Source: Proteromonas lacertae (taxonomy: Eukaryota). Taken from it: DNA of 64,000 nucleotides. Made by a program: the position numbers and the translations under genes. Shown piece by piece: positions 27,801 through 40,120 of this stretch. The stretch spans positions 1 to 64,000 of the forward strand of contig NGBS01000876.1 of the NCBI GenBank assembly GCA_002245135.1. The letters are read 5' to 3'. Position 1 is the stretch's first letter. Each line of letters starts with the position of its first letter. The notes under the pieces were generated by a model that saw only the letters and a list, made by a program, of their open reading frames with translations, had not been told where the DNA came from and searched no databases.

Positions 27801-28405
27801 ATGTCAGAAAGAAAGTGTTCATCACCTAGAAGCGTTTCATCAAGAAGTACACAAAGTCGTCCTGTCACTGGTACATTTAGGTATTGATAAGATATCCAGT
27901 TTCTTTCAAATAGAGAAGATATGACTCCTGAAGAAGCAAAAAAATTGCATGATCTTTTAGAACAGTATGTGCAATAATAATATATATAGAGAATATAAAT
28001 TATCTCAAAGTCTAAGAAGTGTTAGAGAACAAATGGGTTCAATAGTTGGATCCAGACCTTCTACAGGAAGATCTATACAAACTCCTAATATTTATTCACC
28101 TATTGCAGGAAATAAACAAAATTCTCGTCCATCTACTCGTCCATATTCTCCTCGTAATAATGGTAGTGCATATGGATCTCCCAATAAAACATTCTGTCCA
28201 AGTGAGACAACAAGCGAAGATAGAGGTTTAGATATCTTTTTATTATTTTTATTATCCTATTATTGCTTTTCTTTAATATTATTCACCTTTTTATGATAGT
28301 GAATTTTATAATCCTCCTCTTGGATTACCATGTCGTACTCGTTATGGTGAATTAACTAAAAGTATGGATATACCTGAGTTTAAAGGAGTTGTTGGACATT
28401 TTTAA
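27801..28405 (+). CDS. S/R/P-rich hypothetical protein with two GT-AG introns and one probable AT-AC intron
   Basis: Exons MSERKCSS...TF^REDM...EQ^EYKL...DRGL^AFYDSEFYNPPLGLPCRTRYG...GHF*. Confidence 0.7.
28232..28286 (+). other. Probable U12-type (minor spliceosome) AT-AC intron, 55 nt
   Basis: 5' end ATATCTTTT; branch-like TTCTTTAAT ending 9 nt before the 3' end; ends in AC. Removal restores the frame (g|ct ttt tat gat). Confidence 0.75.
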
Positions 28406-28624
28406 CTACAAAAAGAATAATTTCCTTATACTAATATTTTAGATGTTCATTTTATTGATAAATATAAAGTAATATATCTACTTCACTAGTTTTTTAGTTA
28501 TTGTTTTGTTTATGAAGTAGTGATAATAGAAACAATCATAAATATATAAAATAATTAATTAAGCATACCTGTTTGTTGTGATAGTAACAGTAAAATTGTT
28601 GTTATTTATATGTATATTTTCCAT

Positions 28625-31600
28625 TTATTCAACATTAAAGAATTCTTTAGATAATTCTGTCTTTTCTTCTTCTAATATTCCATCTAATATTATTTTTCTG
28701 ATTGATGAAAATGTTTTTAAAAATGATTTTAATTCTGATTTATCTATATTTTCTTTCACTGTCATTGTTATTTTAGCATATCTATCTTCAAATATTTTAC
28801 TATTTTCTTTCATTAATCTCAACCCTTTTTCATTTAATTCATTTCCTGATATATCCACATAACTTAACCTTCCATACTTTTTTATGCTTTTTATTAACAT
28901 TTTTAATCCTTTCTCACTCATTCCAACATCTATTCATAACATAATATCATATTATATTCATAAAATACTTGAAAGATTTAATGAATTATTATTAGCAAAT
29001 TTATCAAAATATTTACATATTATCTCTATTCCTTCATCTCCAATTGGATTGCCATATATTGAAATATGTTCTGCTGTTTTAGGCAAAAACTCTATTAATT
29101 CTTTCAATCCTTTTGAAGTAATTTGATTATTGGATAAAAAAACTTTCCAATAATTAATCTTCTTTATTAATGGAATAAAAGAATCATTCAGATTCAAATC
29201 TATTTCATAACATATTTATATCATATACTTGATAAATCACATGAATATCTTTTCTTAACACAATAATTCAAATAATATTTCACTTCTTCATTTGTCCATA
29301 AAGAATTTTTCATTTCTATAAATGGATATTCTTCTTTTTCTAATGATTTTGAACAAATTGATTTTAATGCCTTTCATTTTGATATTATTTCCTTTCAGAT
29401 CTATTATTTTACATCCTTTTATTGAATCTAATGCATTTGATAATAATATCACACTTTCATCATCAATTGAGATATTATTCGACTCAATGTTGTATATATA
29501 ACAACCATCCTTTAACATATTTAAATGGTTTAGTAATATCTTAAATCCATTATTACCAATTGGATTATCTAAAAATACACTATATAAATTATACTATAAA
29601 TTCTCATCTTATTAAAGCTTCTCTTATTTTTTATCAAATATTCCATTCCTTCTGAATCGATATTATTATCATATAAATATAGTATATCAATGTATTTTTG
29701 AATATTCTTTAAACCATCAACCAAATATTTCAATCCAATTGAAGATAATCCCATTCCTATAACACAATAAATGATTATAGTAATACTTGAACAATCAATA
29801 TAATCTTTCCGATCACAACATATTAACAAATTCATATGTGGAGATAATATTTTCATTCCTTCATCTCCTATTTCATTTCCACTTAAACTAAGATATGTAA
29901 GTCTTGTAAAATAAGACATATTGTTCATTAATACTTTCACACTTTTGTCTGCAAGTTTATTATCTAATCAATAGAAAAACATCAAATTATACTATCTAAA
30001 TTTAGATGTTGTATCTCTCTAAGTTCATTTAATCTTAATGAAATGAATGATGAGAAAAAAACATCATCAATATCTAAATCGCTAAGATGCAATCCATTAC
30101 TATATCTGATGAATTTCATCAATTCAGGAATGTCTTTATCAATCAGCAATTCTTTATTTCTTTTAATATCAAAATCAAAATCAATTTTTGAAATAGGAAA
30201 TTTAGAGAATATGACTTTCAATCCTTTTGAATAAATTCTATTATTATTTCTAATATCTATTCTTCTGAGATTTGGATATTTATATAATTCTTTTGATAAT
30301 AATATCATTGAATCATCATTCAATCTCATTTCAGAAAGGATTAATTCATTTTTGTTGTTGATTAACAAATACAAATATGGAATTAACAGTTTAAATCCCT
30401 TATAATCAATTAAATACTCTATTTCATAATAATCAATAATATAATAACTAATACGATTAAGACAAACTTGTTTTAATTTCATGAATAGAATTGATTTAAC
30501 AAATGATTCAATAAAATCAGATGTTAGATTATATCCAGATAAATCTATTTCTTGAAGGTTTGATAACTGTTTTAAATATGATATAAATAATGAATGATGT
30601 TGAGTTGGAATATCAACACTATCTAATTAAATATATATTATAAAAATAATACAAAATATGAGTTTGGTTGGATTGATTAGTTTTATTATTCTGAAGAAAT
30701 AATCTATTCCTTCTTCATAACAACAAATACTATTTGATTTAACATTCATTCTTATTTCATCTCTTTCAATATAAATAGATAAATTTAATATCATTTTATC
30801 TAAATAGCAACTTTTGCCATCTTTGCACTTATGATATACTTGTGGTATTATCATTTCTTTGATTCTTTCATCTAATGATTTTGTTAATAATATTGATAGA
30901 ATTTCATCATTACATTTAACATTATAAATTGATAAAAGATATTTATGTATAACTATATTTCAAAAATTATAATTAATATACTATCATCATTTCTATTGTA
31001 ATATTTCTTTGGAAATAATATAGGGAAATGATAGCAATTTATTATCATCATTATATAACACTTCTTTTCTTTTATTATCCATCATTAATAAATTACTTTC
31101 ATCTCTTCTAATTGTCTTTTTCAATATTAGAACTTTCAATTCTTTTAAACTCATTCTATCTTCACTCTTCACTTTCAACATTCTTCTCTATCATTTCTTT
31201 CATTTTCTTGTTACTTTTTCTTTTAAAACTGTATTTACATATCAAAATATTATTCATTGTTCTAATCATATTATAATCTTCATTAAATGGTAATTTCTTG
31301 TTTATTATCTCATATAAAATACATCCAATTGACCAAATCACACTTTTCTCATTACATTCTAATCCATTCAACTCTTCTGGACTTTTGAAACAAATATCAT
31401 ATATTCTCATATCTTCTTCTTTTCTTAATAAGTTCAAGAATAAATCACATAACTTCATTTCACCATCATCTTCATATATCACATTAGAACTCTTCAAATT
31501 ACTTATCACTAATTCCATATTCATTGAATATCATCAATATATCACAAATTGATAGAATAATTTTACATTTATCATCACTAGAAATGGTTTTATTTTGAAT

Positions 31601-31979
31601 TAACCCCTCCTAAATCTCGCATATAATACTCTCTTTCCAACATCATCATATTACACCGGATGATCTGTATTTCTGAAGGATAGGTACAAAATGAACAATA
31701 ATCTAACAGAAAACAATTATTTTCACTAAATTTCAATATCTTCTTCTCTTTAATTCCATTGGTATTCAACATTTTAACTACTTTGCAGTTATTTTCATGT
31801 TTAATTACCAATTCTACTTCATTTTCATTCTTTTCTTTTCTTTCTTTGATCTATTACATATATAAATTAAGCATACTTCTAATTTCGGTAATTTATATTT
31901 CAATATATCTTCTATGTGATGATTTAACATTTCTGAAATTTGAGTCGTTTCAATTTTCTTTTTTTCTTTCTTTTTTCAT
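28625..31979 (-). CDS. Pseudokinase + RNI-like leucine-rich-repeat protein, multi-exon, with several +1 frameshifts (pseudogene or consensus errors)
   Basis: Kinase part mirrors 15840-16680. LRRs: LSLSGNEIGDEGMKIL, LYLYDNNIDSEGMEYL, NPIGDEGIEII, ISGNELNEKGL. Single extra bases near 31610, 31515, 31183, 31012 and 29363. Confidence 0.75.
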
Positions 31980-32484
31980 TCATTTTACCATTTTTATTTA
32001 TCATTCATCAACATTCATGATCACAACAACACTAATATCGTTACTGTGATGTATAACCACTTTTATTGATTTTTGCTGTTCTGATGTTTCTATTCTCAGT
32101 TAATGTAAACTACATAGAATAGTTGGATTTTATATGATAATATTCAGAGTTTTAAACCATCTAGCTGTAAATTTAAGCAAAATATTTTCAAACTTGTTTG
32201 ATGTTTCAAAATAAATAGTCGTTTTTTGATTCAGTTTTTTTCTTTTTAAAAATTCAAGATTATAGAAGTTAAAAAACATGTATAAGTAATATAAATATAT
32301 TAAGATGTTGTGCTAATTATTTTATTCAGGAAATATTTCAAAATAACATAAATATTTTATGTGATATTGTTATTTTATTAGTAATATCATTTTACAAACA
32401 ATGATTATGAGAATATTCTCAATTCTATTTTTTTCTTTTTTAATCATCAACTATTAAGAAACAATTCAAAAAACAACGATATTT

Positions 32485-34713
32485 TTATAATATTAACTTG
32501 AATAACAATATTATTACTAATATAAATAACATATTTCGATAATCACCAAAAATTCGCAAATTTATTATTATATCTTCATTCTCTTCATTTCGAATATCAC
32601 ATATTATTCTAGTTATATATTCAGATATTATTATCAGAATTTCAACTATCATTTTATTCTCATATATTGTTATTGGCTTATATAAAGGATTATTATGATA
32701 TTTTATATTCATATTTCCTCGAATATATTCTCCATTTATCAACTTTTCTCTTTCATTCTCATTCATTTCATTATCTTCTTCATCATACAATAGATTCTCT
32801 TTATTTATTATACAATTTTCACTTTCTTCTTTTACTCTTCTTATTTCTTCTTCACTTATTTCAAATATATCATTTAAACAATTTGTTGATGGCTTTTCTT
32901 TTCTATCACTATTACGAATTAAACAGATTATTTTTATTGCCAATGATTTGTATTTACTTATTTCACACAAAAATTCACTATTCAAATTCAGTTTTTCATA
33001 AATTGAATGTAAATCACCAATTTTTTCATTCTCATTTCTTCTTATCATTTTTCCTATTTCTCTCAACATTTTCACTAAATCTTTGGTATAAATCAAAGAA
33101 ATATGCTAAAAATATATAAAATAAAATATTAATATATACTTTTAAAACTACATCAATCATATTATAAGATCGATTATAATCTAATTCTCTTTTAATTCCT
33201 TTCAAACATTGACCTAATAACAAAATATAAAACTATTCGATAAATAAATAACACAATATACTGGATAATGATTCTCAACATAATATTCCCATTCATTATT
33301 ATATGATTTTCTTTCTTTTCTCATTATTTTCTTTGATAATACGGAAGCAGCTGATTGTAATGTTTTGGTTGGCGATGTTTTTATTGTTGAAGGAGAGGAA
33401 GATGGTTTTGATATTGTTTCAAAAGCATTTTTACTATATAATCTATCATTACAATTCCATGGTTCTAATAAAGATAACCAAATATCAACCATCTATTCAT
33501 AAATATTACAAGATGATGTATATAAAATACCATTAAATAGGAAATATTATCATTAAATTCACAGAATTCTAAACCCAATGAAAGAAACTCAAATAATGGT
33601 TTTTCGATTAATTCTAATAACATATTCTCATCTATTCATTTATATATATATATATATTATAATTAACATAATAATACTCTTTTGACTTGTTATTGTGTCA
33701 GATAATAAAAACACTATTAAACCAAATAAACCTTTTAATAAGTTCAAATTGGGACTATTGTAATTCTAATTCATTATATATAACAATTGTATATACATAC
33801 ACATAATGTGAATTTTTCATCAAAATATAAACTATTCTTATTATAACGATATATATTGTTTTTATTTAACCAAAATTCCATTATTCCATTTATTAATTCG
33901 ATTGAATATCGATATTTTTCATCAATATTTCTCACATCTGGCATATTCATATTTAACTTCAATTCTCGTCGGTTTTCAAATAAACTATTATAATATTCTA
34001 AACACAAATTCGAATATATATCATTACAGATCATTGATACACTCAAATTATATTGACTTTTGATTTTTGAATCTTTATTTGAACAACATATTACACTTCT
34101 ATTACAATTATCACTTCCAAAATGTAAAAATGAGAATAAATAATATTCTATCATATTTAATGATAAATATTCACATCTTCCAGAATAAATCAATGGAGGA
34201 TTTGTTAAATAATAATATAATGAAGGTAATGGATTATTACTGTTATTCTCAAATATTTCTCTTGTTTTTAATGGTAAATTCTCTACATTGTAATTGTAGC
34301 TAACAGAAGGAATTGAATTACTGTGTAATAGAGTGGATAATAAAGAGCTATCTTCATTATTCTTCAATAAACTAAACAATCTTACAAAATGAACTGCATT
34401 ACTCACATGATCACTCTTTCTTCTTTTTGAATCACATACACATTCACATTTATCTTCACTGATTCGATAATAAAAAGGAACATCACTATAATCACACAAA
34501 CGACCATTTCTATTCAACATTACATCTACAAATTCGGCATAGTATGTGTAGAATTGATAACTTGCATTTATTGAACCAAAATAACCTAAAGGAGAGCTAA
34601 AAACTAGAAACTACACACTTATACGAAAATTCTTCTTTCATATAATCATTTATCTCTCGACAAATATCACCAACAGATTTACTTGATACAGGGATTGAAA
34701 AATCGTAAGGCAT
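32485..34713 (-). CDS. SMPD4: SMPD4-like protein (right-arm copy)
   Basis: Mirror of 13104-15335. Confidence 0.72.
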
Positions 34714-34828
34714 TTTATTTTGAATTTTTCAATGTCAATAATTGGTCATTATTACACAGTTTTGGTAATTTTCATTTTTAACATCAACAATAACAATTTA
34801 GATGATACAAATATTATTATTTAACTCT

Positions 34829-35877
34829 TCATTCTAATATTTTCAATTCACCCAAATAACTCTGATGATATCTTTTGAGAAATTCACTAACATTTTCATA
34901 ATCAAAGGTTTTCCAATGAGGAAACTATGATATAAATATATTACACATATCAAATATATACATATGGTTGTAATCCATTCATATTATCAGGATCTAAAAG
35001 TGGGAATTTGTTTCTATAAAAAGAATATAAAATGATGATGAAATTACTTTATTGTTGATATTATTTCTTTGTAAATATATTCATTCCCTTTGCTGTCTGG
35101 ATGAAGACCATCTCTGAGATAACTTTCCCAATTCTCATTCTGTTGCATTCCATTAAATAAATCAACCATAAAAACATTTTTGTTATTTGAGATTGATTTT
35201 CTTAATTTCATTACTCTTTCAGCATAAACACTCATTACATCATTACTTCTTAATTGTTCTTCATTCATCTATTCATTTTTATATATTATATTATACACTT
35301 GCACAATGGTTCTTATAAGCAATATCATCAACTGGAGTTGGAGTTAAAACTATTATTCTCATATCACATTTTAGTTTTAATAAATATTCGATTATTTCTT
35401 TCATATTATCTTCAAATTCATCAATATCTATATGCTGAATTCTATTACATTCAATTGAACCATCATTTGTACCACACATTAATATCGTCAATATCGGTAA
35501 ATCTTCACTATTCTCTGGATATAACAATTTCAAACTTTCTAATAAGAATCTAGAATTATAGCCAGAAAAACCACGATTCAATATATCAGCTCTATGACGA
35601 TATATATAAGCAAGAGAAGCACCCCATCCTTTATACTCACTATCAAAACTATTGAATATATCATCAATTAAATATGTAAATACGAATATTCAGTTATACT
35701 ATCACCTAATAGTAATATATATGGTTTCTTTTTAGGTAAAACAGTTGAAATTGTTTTTTCTTTTGGTCTTTGATGTATTCTTAGGGGAATTTTCTTTTCT
35801 ATTCTAGATAGCCAATATCCCAAACCCATCAATACACCTCCACCTATCACTAATGTGAAGATTTCTTTATTTGACAT
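34829..35877 (-). CDS. IAH1: IAH1-like SGNH/GDSL esterase (right-arm copy)
   Basis: Mirror of 11941-12988. Confidence 0.88.
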
Positions 35878-35947
35878 ATTTTTGTGTAATTTACTTGAAA
35901 TTACGAAAATGTCAAATCAAGCCATAATAATTTTCTTTTCTTTTTTT

Positions 35948-38167
35948 ATGAGTTTATCGATTATTTTGTTATTATTTTCATTAGTTTATTCTATTATTGC
36001 TGTAGAATATAACTATGCAAACTATGAATTTTTGACTAAATTGAAGTCAAATAGTTGTGTTATTCTGTATGATGAAAAATATACAATCGATATGTCAAAA
36101 TGGCATGTATTTAAACCCAAATTTAGCAAAATGATAGGAACTGGTGAAAAGTCTTTAATCACTCTAGTTTATTCTGTAAACAGTACAAATGAGTTGAATT
36201 CATTACAGTTATTTGATCCAATAGAGAAAACTGAATTTTATAATATATATTTTAAGATAGTGATAAAAGAATCTAACCATAGTTTGTTATTGAATAATGA
36301 TGGTATATTTAGTTATTTATCACATTGTTACTTATACAATATTCATATTTACTTACCTGATAATGTGATAATAAAATCCTTTCAATCTGGTTCAAGTATA
36401 TTATCGAATGAAATATATCACAGTAATATGTTTCATATAGGAATATATTTCAATAAACTTACAATAAATACTGATAATTATAATCAAAAATTAGGCTTAA
36501 TAACTCAAAAACTTGTATTATCCGAAAATGAGAATGTGTTTGTAGGTTTATTTGTAAAAGGAAATATTTTGAATTACAATATATCGAATTATCCATGTTA
36601 TAGTGGAATATTGATAGGAGAAATAAAATCATCATCAATATATGATAGTTATTTGTGTTTATCACATTCTTTTGTTGATATTAATGTGGTAAATATCTAT
36701 TCAAATTTATTGATAATGAAGAAAATAGATAATCATTTTGGTGGAATGATAGGATATATAACAACAGAGATTGATTATCTTGATGATAAAAAAGATCAAC
36801 ACAATAACAATAAAATCAATAATAATAATAATAAACAAGTAAAACTCACAATAAAGAATTCATATCTGATAATAAGAAAAGGTATTTCTATATTTAAATA
36901 TTGTGAAAATGATTATTCTTCAATGAATTATGGATGTTATATTGGTAAAATATATAAATCAGAATCAGAATCATCAAACTCTTTATTTAATTCCAAAATA
37001 AGAAACAATGAAAGAATAATATTTGAAATAAGTGAAAGTTGGAGTTATATTTGCATAAATGGTGTATATAATGGTAATAATAATAACAAAGTAATTGTAA
37101 ATGATTTAATAGGAAGTATATCCAATATGGACAATAACATAATAATGATAATAAAAGATAGTTATTCCGTTTTGAATTTATTATCACTCAATTATAATAA
37201 ATCTCTGGAATTAGACAATCTAAAAATATCCATTGGAATTGCAAACAAGAAAATATCAATGGAAGTAATAAACAGTTATTCATTTCTTATAGATTGTTTA
37301 ACAAATAATGAAACAGAGAAAGTGTTAATGAATGAAGAAAAAATACCAATATTGTATTGTTATTATGAGAATAACAAATGTAATTATAAACAGAAGAATG
37401 AAACAATCAATATTTATCGTTTTAAAGTAAGTAATGATTATCAATTGATTGGAAAGAAAGATAATGGAATGAAATATTATTGTAATAGAAATATGCCTTA
37501 TTATATAGAAAATGAGATAATGAATTTTGATAAAACATTTCATGAGAGTGATATTTGCTATTACAATAACAACTATAACTATATTTCATCCTCAACATTC
37601 TATATTATGTTTTTAACTCCATTTTATTCTCTGTATGATAAATATAAGATATATAAACTGATAATTATGCCAAAGACTGAAAAAATAAGGAGAATATACT
37701 TAAAGAAATATAATAAAGACTATAAACATAGAAATGATATAACAATAATCCCTTCTAATCCATGTATAAGAATCAAATTTAAGTCAATGACAAAATTTAA
37801 TCTAAATCTTACTCATTGTTATTGTAAAATGAAGAAATATTCAATTCATATAAATATAAGAATAAAAGATGTTATTGATTATAATAAAACACTAATATTC
37901 TATTGTAATTATGTAAATAATTCAAATGTGAAGTATGATATAGAAAATAGACAGTTTAATTCATCAACAGAAGATAATAATGGAATGAATTCAAATGATA
38001 ATCAAAATCCATACAAGTTTGTAATGATGATAATATGTTTTTTGTTAATCATCGCTTGTGGATGTAATATGGCCAATGGAGGTATAAATAAGATGACAAA
38101 ACAGTATAGTGTGATAAATAATGAAAGTTATGAAAATCCTAAAGAAAATAGTGATAATGATGAATAG
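35948..38167 (+). CDS. Intronless Asn/Ile-rich membrane/surface protein (right-arm copy)
   Basis: Mirror of 9639-11870; poly-Asn tract is 4 residues shorter. Confidence 0.7.
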   Translation: MSLSIILLLFSLVYSIIAVEYNYANYEFLTKLKSNSCVILYDEKYTIDMSKWHVFKPKFSKMIGTGEKSLITLVYSVNSTNELNSLQLFDPIEKTEFYNIYFKIVIKESNHSLLLNNDGIFSYLSHCYLYNIHIYLPDNVIIKSFQSGSSILSNEIYHSNMFHIGIYFNKLTINTDNYNQKLGLITQKLVLSENENVFVGLFVKGNILNYNISNYPCYSGILIGEIKSSSIYDSYLCLSHSFVDINVVNIYSNLLIMKKIDNHFGGMIGYITTEIDYLDDKKDQHNNNKINNNNNKQVKLTIKNSYLIIRKGISIFKYCENDYSSMNYGCYIGKIYKSESESSNSLFNSKIRNNERIIFEISESWSYICINGVYNGNNNNKVIVNDLIGSISNMDNNIIMIIKDSYSVLNLLSLNYNKSLELDNLKISIGIANKKISMEVINSYSFLIDCLTNNETEKVLMNEEKIPILYCYYENNKCNYKQKNETINIYRFKVSNDYQLIGKKDNGMKYYCNRNMPYYIENEIMNFDKTFHESDICYYNNNYNYISSSTFYIMFLTPFYSLYDKYKIYKLIIMPKTEKIRRIYLKKYNKDYKHRNDITIIPSNPCIRIKFKSMTKFNLNLTHCYCKMKKYSIHINIRIKDVIDYNKTLIFYCNYVNNSNVKYDIENRQFNSSTEDNNGMNSNDNQNPYKFVMMIICFLLIIACGCNMANGGINKMTKQYSVINNESYENPKENSDNDE

Positions 38168-38305
38168 TATATTATGCAGATGTAGATAGATAATAATTTA
38201 TAATAATTTATGTTAAAATGATGTTTTTACATATTTACAAATACATAATTCTGTATTTAAATACAGAATTTTAATTATCATTTCTTTACTTCTATATAAG
38301 TCCAT

Positions 38306-39900
38306 ATGGCTACTGTGTATTATAATAATATGCCTGCACCATATTCAGGTTTGACACCTAACTTAGGTCAAGTAAATAACAACCAAATAAATACTAATCC
38401 TTATATGGAAACAACTGGTGTTAATAATACTCAAATACATATGTATGGACAAACAGCTGGTGGTAATTTGAGTAGTGCTCCACAGACCACGAAATCAAAC
38501 AAATTTATGAAAATACATCCTGAAAAGTATGAACAAACAACTAATTTTGTACCTATCAATAATTCTAATGTTGTAATTAATCAAAATTTACCTCAACATC
38601 CTTCTGAACCTAATGTTGCCAATTCTACTCTGCCACATGAGAATGTAGCAGTGACTAACTGTAGCAATGTCAATGTATCACCTCCTACCACTGATCCTTC
38701 AGTTAATTCAACTTCAGCTGTGTTAAACACAAATTCTACATATTCTATGGAATATATAAAATGGTATTTAGAAAACAAAGACAGTGTAGAATATTATAAA
38801 AATGAGAATAATTTTCAGATTCCTACAGAAGAAGAAATAAGAAATTATTATGTTTATATACAACAACCTCAATCTCAATCACCACCACCTTCTGTACAAT
38901 ATCAGCCACAACAACAACAACAATATCAACCACAACCACCCCCACCTGTTACTAATAGAAAAACTATTAAAATAAAAAGGCATAGAAGCAGTTGTGGTAG
39001 TGATAGTGATAATGATAATGACAGTGAAAGTGATGATAATAAAGAGTCAAAAGATAAACCAAAATCAAAATCAAAACCTAAAAAGTCAAGTGAAAGCGAT
39101 AGTGATAGTGAAGATGAAAATACAAAAGAAAAATCAAATAATAACAAAAACGATGAAAAAAAAAGTGATAAAGAGATTAATAAAAAAAAACAAAAATAGT
39201 CAGCAAACATAATAGAAGAAAATTCTCATCTTCTTCATCTTCTTCAGATGATGATGATGATGATGATGATGATGATAATGATAAACATCCAAATAAGATG
39301 AAATCTACTGTAGAAAAATCAAAAGAACAACCAAAAGAAGTTGAGCAAGCAGTAATTAAGAAAGAGCCAAAATTTGTTGTAGGAACTCCTGAATATGATG
39401 TATATATTTTGTGAAATTATTATATATATAGCAACACATGAAAGAATTATTTGGAGATGATTATGAACAACAAATAAAAGGAGACAAAAAGCAACAGGAA
39501 GAAGCTGATGAATCATTAATGAAATATTACTATGATTTAATAGAAAAGGATGAATTAGATGATGATTGTTCAAAGACTGAATATTTAATAGGATGTAAAG
39601 TAAATGCGCAAGGATTGTATGACTGTCCAAAATGCAATAAAAAAGATGCAGAAGGTTCAAAAATGTTTTCTTTGAAATGTAGTCATATTTATTGTTATGA
39701 CTGTTATAGTGATTATGTTAAAGAAAAAATAGAAGGAGGAGCAACATATAAAAATGTATATATTATTATTATTATTATTATTATAGTTAAAATGTATGGA
39801 TGATGAATGTGATGAAAAATTTACATACAATATTTTGAAATATTTGAAAAATGGTGAAGCTTTGTCAATTAAAGTAATACAAAACGATGATATGGAATGA
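38306..39900 (+). CDS. RING-finger protein, right-arm copy 1; C-terminus (ALSIKVIQNDDME*) supplied by the insertion; apparent frameshift in an A-run near 39190
   Basis: Mirror of 7907-9501 up to 39866, then reads into unique sequence. Confidence 0.7.
38521..39866 (+). repeat. Direct repeat, copy 1 (~1.35 kb)
   Basis: tgaaaagtatgaacaaacaac...ggtgaagctttgtc recurs at 41289-42672. Confidence 0.95.
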
Positions 39901-40120
39901 TTAGTATAGATAATAGAGTGTTAATAAATTGTTATTGTTTTTGGATATTAGAAGGGGAATTTCAATAAAACAATTACTGTTAACATTATTATTACAATTC
40001 TTTCCTAATCATAATTCACACCCTTATATTTATTTATACCTAATATGGCTAAATAATAAATTGATATAAAAAAATCATCTTCATGTGTAATTTACAGTAA
40101 CAATTACTCATAATATATCT

